Assembly (NCBI GenBank): GCA_002269645.1
Contig: NIVC01002129.1
Coordinates: 124,001-188,000 of the forward strand
Direction: 5' to 3'
Length of the DNA: 64,000 nucleotides
Source: Macrostomum lignano
Taxonomy: Eukaryota
Part shown: in pieces, positions 58,693 to 64,000 of the stretch
How positions within the stretch are numbered: the first letter of the stretch is position 1
How the letters are laid out: each line of letters opens with the position of its first letter
Program-made: the position numbers and the translations under genes
The notes under the pieces: model-generated
The model's input: the letters and a program-made list of their open reading frames with translations, nothing else
Database searches by the model: none
What the model was told of the DNA's origin: nothing

Positions 58693-61600
58693 CTACTTCT
58701 TGCGTGGACGCAAAGTGAATCTCTTACAAGCTGATTCCTCTGTTACTTCTGTCTGCGTGGCGTTGGATTTGTGCAATCTGATTTTATGCGCATCATGTGT
58801 TGTGTTGCCATTTGTTTCTTCAGAGAATGGTTGAACTGCTATTGGTGGGCCTGACAATAGTCTCTTCAACCTATTGGCGTTTACTGTTCTAGCTTCCTCG
58901 TTCTGTTCATTTTCCGGTCTTTGAATTTCAACTGTGGAATCGCCTATCACTTTCCTGACGGTAAAGGGGCCTTCATAATTTGTGTCGAATTTTCCGTCCT
59001 TCACAGGTTTTTCCAAATATACGATGTCTCCTTCAGACAGTTTATGATCTTTTCTTCCTTTGTTCGCTTGCTCACTTTGTTTGAGACGCTCTTGAAGTAG
59101 AAAATTGCCTGCAACATCCCAACTCAATTTCAAGGAACTAGCTAGCTTCTTTACATAACTTGGGGCTTCGTCATAAACAGACACCTGTTCCTTTAGAACT
59201 CTTTCGGTGGGGGTCTTGTATGCATGGCCTAAAATGAGCTCATATGGGGAAGTTAGAAGATTTTTATTATAGCTTATGTTCAGGGCTAAAGTCGCCGTTG
59301 GCACGTATCTTGCCCATTCCGTCTGTGTTTCATGAATATATGTGGTCAGAACATTCTTTAAAAGTTTGTTGTAAAGTTCGACTGCATTCGCATGCGGAGT
59401 GTAATAGCTTGTATAGACGATCTCACAGCCAATCATCACCTTCATTTCTTTCATCTGAGCACTAGTGAAGTAGCTTCCATTGTCTGTTATTATTCTTAGT
59501 TTGTTTACAAGCACTTCCGTTGTTGGTTTTCGAATCGGAATTGCAAAAGCAAATTTTGAGAAGCAATCCTGCACTGTCAATATGTAATTAAATTCATGTC
59601 CTTCAACTTCTGACGTTACGAGCTTTCCCCGACCGCTTTGTACTCAAACATGTGTGACAACTTCTTACGTACTTCTGCATGTCCTGCCGCATTGAATTCC
59701 AATAGTAATGTCGCGCCATGCGCTCTAACATTTCTGCCATCCGAGATGTCCTGATAGTTTATCCTCATGATAATGTCGTAACAGTGCGAGCTGATACACT
59801 TTTGGAACAACCAATTGAACTCCAGTAATGCTTTCCCGATACAGCGTGTTTCCTTCCATCCTGTACTGATGAATATTCTTCCTGATAAATCTATCCTCTT
59901 TCGATTTCCCATTCGGTAAGTCTCCACCTCCATCACCTTAATCAATTTGCTCAGAGAGGAGTCTTTCCTCTGTTCTTGCTGTATCTTCTGTGTCGATGGA
60001 ACAGGATGTATTAAGTTGATTTCGTCTACGTCTGCTGGTGTAAGTCGGCTTAAATAATCAGCAATTGCATGCTTCGTCGAGCTTCCTGGACAGTAAGTTA
60101 TCTTCATCTGGTATTCAGAAAGAAACAGAACTGATCTCGTTACTCGTGAGTTTGTTTCCATAATACCTCTATCTTTTATTATCGTCAGCAACGGCTTGTG
60201 ATCGACTTGCACCGTAAATCGAGCTCCAAAGAGTAGCCTGTGAAAGAATTTTACTGCTGAAACAACTGCCAGTAGTTCCCTCTCGGTGACTGAATACCGA
60301 GTTTCTGCCGATTGTAATGTCTTGGAATAATAGGATACAACTCTCTCTCTCTTCCTTCATCATCCTTTTGCGTCAAAACTGCTCCCAATGCGACATCTGA
60401 TGCATCTGTTACTAGTTTATATTCTTTTCTTACGTCTGGAAAAGCTAACACGACGTCTTCTTGTAAACATCTCTTCAGACGATCAAAAGCCTCTTGACAC
60501 TTTTCTGTCCAAGTGAATTTCTTTGGCTGTGATTTCTTTCGCAGAAGCTGATATAATGGAGCCGAAATCATGCTAAAATTTTTCACATGTCTGCGGTAAA
60601 ATGTCGCAGCTCCCAAGAATCTTTGCAACTGTTTTTCGTTCTTGGGTGTGGGAAAGTCAATTATTTTTGTCCTTAGGCCCTGCTGCATCGCGATGCCAGA
60701 TTTACTTAGCACAAAGCCTAAATACGGCAATTTGTCCTTGGCAATTGCAGACTTCTTAGCTGATAGTTTCAGTCCCAAACTGCGCAGTCGCGTGAACAAA
60801 TCTTTTAAAGCTTTATACATCTCGTCGAACGTGCTCGCTGTAAGCAGTAGATCATCAACGTATCCGATAGTATTTTTGAGACCGGCAACCAACATATTTG
60901 TCACCTTTGACATATATATCGGACTAACATTTAATCCTTGTGGTAGGCGCGTAAATTGATATTGCGAACCTGTATACGTCGTGAAGGCGGTTAGATGTCG
61001 ACTATACTCATCCAATCCAATATTAAAGAATGCATCCTTAATGTCAAAAACACAAAAATACTTCGTGTTCTGTAGTCGGCTCATCATGTCCTGGATTTTT
61101 GGAAGACTCTGAGCAGGTTGCCTGAGCATGCGATTTACTAGTCGAAAGTCAACTATAAATCTGAAGCGGCCATCTTTCCTTTTCACAAGAAGCGTTGGCG
61201 ATGAAAAACAGGAGTCCGACGGTTCGATTACCTTTGCCTTGAGCAATTTAGCGATCTCATCGTCATATGCAGATTCTAGCTTCATTGGCAAAGGATAGGG
61301 TCTCCGATTGATTATTCCTTGGCCTGGTTTAACTTCCAATTTGACGCTTGGTCCTGTCCATTTCCCAATATCCGAATCATGTCCGGAAAACACGTCAGAG
61401 TATTCCAATATAAGTCTATGCAGTTCTTCTGTCTGTTGCTGATTCAAATCTTCGCCTTTTTCTATCAGATTCAATTTTTCTTCTGGGGTTAGCCTCTCCT
61501 TTTCTTCTGTACAGATATAATCGTGCTGTGCCGTTTGCTCCACCAAGTCCCTTGTTCGACCAAGCTTCGTTCCTCTAACCAGCTGAATTTCTTCTTGGCG

Positions 61601-61762
61601 ATGATTCATTATGGAAAGAACCATTTGATCATGCTCTACCTTGTGGTTCACCAAAACTGGCCACATTTCGTATCCATTTCTTTCAGCATTGAATTCATTC
61701 GGTTCGATCCATAAAGTTCCTCGATCCACTTGTGCCAAAATTTTGACTGGTACTTTCATCAC
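58693..61762 (-). pseudogene. pol: Gypsy/Ty3 pol (RT-RNase H-integrase), frameshifted, 5'-truncated
   Basis: RPYPLP, SPTLLVKRKDGRFRFIVDFRLVN, DIKDAFFNI, RLPQGL, YVDDLL, FLGAATFYRR, TDASDVALGAVL, VDHKPL, QDCFSKF, ITDNGSYF, YTPHANAVE, YEGPFTV. Three ORF pieces (61762-60251, 60212-59616, 59580-58693); part of the integrase core appears deleted. Confidence 0.92.
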
Positions 61763-61778
61763 ACTATGCGCAGGAATT

Positions 61779-64000
61779 CTAATATTCTCGATATATTAGA
61801 TATATATATAGCTTCATGGCGGCTTTGTACTGACGGTCTCTGTTCCTGACCGTCTTTGCTGCAGCCTGCGGCTTGACTCCTGGAATGCCGTCTTGGACTG
61901 GTCTCCCGAACATCAGGTCGGCTGGGGCGACTCCTGTGGCCGTGTGCGGAGTGCTGCGGTACGCGGCGAGCCACTCCTGCAATGCCGTCCTCCAGTCGGT
62001 TTTTCGGGCGTTGGAGATGCGGAGCAGCTTGTTCAGGGACCTGTTGATTCGCTCGGTAATGCCATTGGCCTCGGGATGGTACGGTGTGATGCGCCGGTGG
62101 CTGATTCCGTGGCTTGTGACGAAACTCCTGAAGGCTTCTGATGTGAATGTCGGACCGTTGTCCGTCACGATTTGCTGGGGAATCCCGAAGGTCGCGAAGA
62201 CCTGCTGTAACTGTCTGGTGGTGCGGTCAGCTGTGATCGACTTCATCGCCACGACGATGGGGTAGCGCGAGTAGTGGTCTATGATCACCAGGAAATGTCG
62301 ACCGTTGGCAGGTCCAAGAAAGTCGATGCCGATAGTGGACCAGGCAGACTCTGGCAGCTCAGTCAGTTGCAGTGGGGCTGCCGAAACTTCCGCTTGATGG
62401 TTGGTGGCCGCACATTCCAGGCACTGTGCTACCAGTTGCTTGACCTCAGCTGACATTCCGGGCCACCAGACCTTGGAGTTGAGTCGGCGCAGTGTTTTGG
62501 TCTCGCCTTGATGTCCTTGATGAGCCAGCTGCAGGACAACGGGCCGCTGGGCTTTTGGGATTACCAATATTTGGTCTCGCAGCAGAACGCCAGAAGCCTC
62601 GGTCAACTCGTGCCTGGCGGCGTGCAGTCGTCGGATGCTGTCGTCCCGCAGATCCCAATTGCCTGTTCTCAACGATGACAGCACAGTCGATAGAATGGCA
62701 TCACGGGCCGTGGCTTCCCGGACTTGCTGCAGGGACAGGCCTCTCGGCGTCGCCGCTTGCGCGATGCTGCCGATGAAGTTTGTGTCCAGGATCTCGCCGA
62801 TGTTGATCGATGTCGGAGCGGGCTCTGGCTGCCGGCTGAGGATGTCGCTCGGGTTGAACGGGCCTGGCCGATAGATGACGCTGAACTGCATGTCCTGGAT
62901 GCTGAGCGCCATGCGCTCGATGCGTGGAGGTGGGCGCGAGCCGGGCTTGAGCATGAAGGTCAGCGGCTTGTGGTCGGTGACGACAGTAAAGTTGGCGGCG
63001 CCGCTGAGATAGTGTCGAAATTTCAGGCAGCCGAACTTGATTGCGAGAGCCTCCCGTTCCGTCTGTGAGTACCTCGACTCGACTGCCGATAGGGCTCTGC
63101 TTGCGAATGCAACCGGCTTGGATGAGCCGTCGGACTGAATCTGGCAAAGAATGGCGCCGAGTCCGATGTGGCTGGCGTCGACAACGAGTTCGGTATGCCG
63201 GTGCTTGTCGAAGAAGACCAGTGTGCTGTCGACTGCGATGCGATCTCGGACTTCTTGAAAAGCCTTGGCCTGCTGCTCGCCCCACTGCCAGCTTGCACTC
63301 TTCTTGGTCAGGTCCCGCAACGGCTTCGTCATGTCCGCCAGGCCTGGCATGAAGCGACTGACAAACGTAACCAGACCGAGGAAGGAGCGGACTTCCGAGG
63401 CGTTCGTTGGCTCTTTGAAGCTTTTGATCGCCGACACCTTGGCTTCAGCTGGCTGGATCCCTTTTGCCGACAGTCGCATGGCCAGGAAGTTGACCTCCGG
63501 CACCGCAAATTTGCACTTGGACGGGTTGAGAGTCAGGCCGTGTCCCTAAAGACGCTGAAGGCAGCTGACTAGGCGACTGTTGTGCTCCTGGATGTCCCGG
63601 GCATACACAATGATGTCGTCGTGCACCCATCTCACTCCTGGCAGGCCGCTGAGTACTGTAGACATCACACGCTGTAGAATTTCTGAAGCCGACGTGAAAC
63701 CCATACAGAGGCGCGTGAGCCTCATTAAGCCCAGTGGTGTCGAGAAGGTCAGAAACTTGCGTGACTCCTGATCGACCTTGATTTGGTGAAAGGCTTTATT
63801 GATGTCTAGCTCCGAGAAGAAGTGTGAACCGGCCATTTCGTCTGTGACCTCTTCAAAGGTCGGAATCGGCTGCTTCTCCGGCACTACGTATTGATTGAGG
63901 TCTCGAAGGTCTTGGGTGATTCGCACCTGGTTCGGAGTGCTTTTTGGTACCACTACCATTCTAGCGACCCATTCGGAAGGCTCAGATACTCGCTCGATGA
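61779..64000 (-). pseudogene. pol: Second, GC-rich Gypsy pol (RT-RNase H-integrase) with one in-frame stop; runs off the right edge
   Basis: SEWVARMVVVPK, DLRDLN, LDINKAFHQ, RLCMG, WVHDDIIV, then RL*GHGLTLNPSKCKF (TAG at 63546-63548, same frame on both sides), FLGLVTF, VDASHIGLGAIL, TDHKPL, AHQGHQG..WWPGM..C..C, IDFLGP, VTDNGPTF, YHPEANGITER. Truncated near 61810 before any 3' LTR. Confidence 0.93.

Noticed and set aside
63546-63548. Programmed stop-codon readthrough in the second Gypsy pol
   Set aside because: The TAG lies inside RT rather than at a gag-pol boundary; a point mutation (for example CAG to TAG) is the simpler explanation.
61873-63771. Many overlapping + strand and alternative-frame ORFs
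   Set aside because: Antisense or alternative-frame shadows of the GC-rich Gypsy pol.

Overview
Repeat-dense eukaryotic DNA, probably from an invertebrate animal (GT-AG introns, TTAGGG arrays). The species cannot be determined from the sequence. The window is almost entirely nested mobile elements. The main structure is a ~25.5-kb KDZ-family (Kyakuja/Dileera/Zisupton) DNA transposon at 13825-39305. It has kilobase-long terminal inverted arms that both carry the same 34-bp minisatellite, and it is flanked by a TCCCGAC target-site duplication (TSD). It sits inside a coding exon of a second, related KDZ element (10406 to at least 42311); deleting it on paper restores that exon in frame. The inner element has a spliced CxC-KDZ transposase on the minus strand and convergent, unassigned spliced gene remnants on the plus strand, and it has been hit by a Tc1 element, hAT and Mutator MITEs and other insertions. 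Also present: a gB/chuvirus-like (class III) envelope glycoprotein fragment at the left edge; an apparently intact 3-exon Gly-rich/CCHC-knuckle/Ala-rich gene; one complete CCC-terminus EnSpm/CACTA element (43667-54029, TT TSD) and one partial relative; a non-autonomous Helitron family carrying a tRNA-like segment, a ~22-bp satellite and telomeric repeats; and two Gypsy pol regions plus an LTR flanked by both a PPT and a PBS. All translations and alignments were done by eye, and family names rest on recalled motifs, not database searches.
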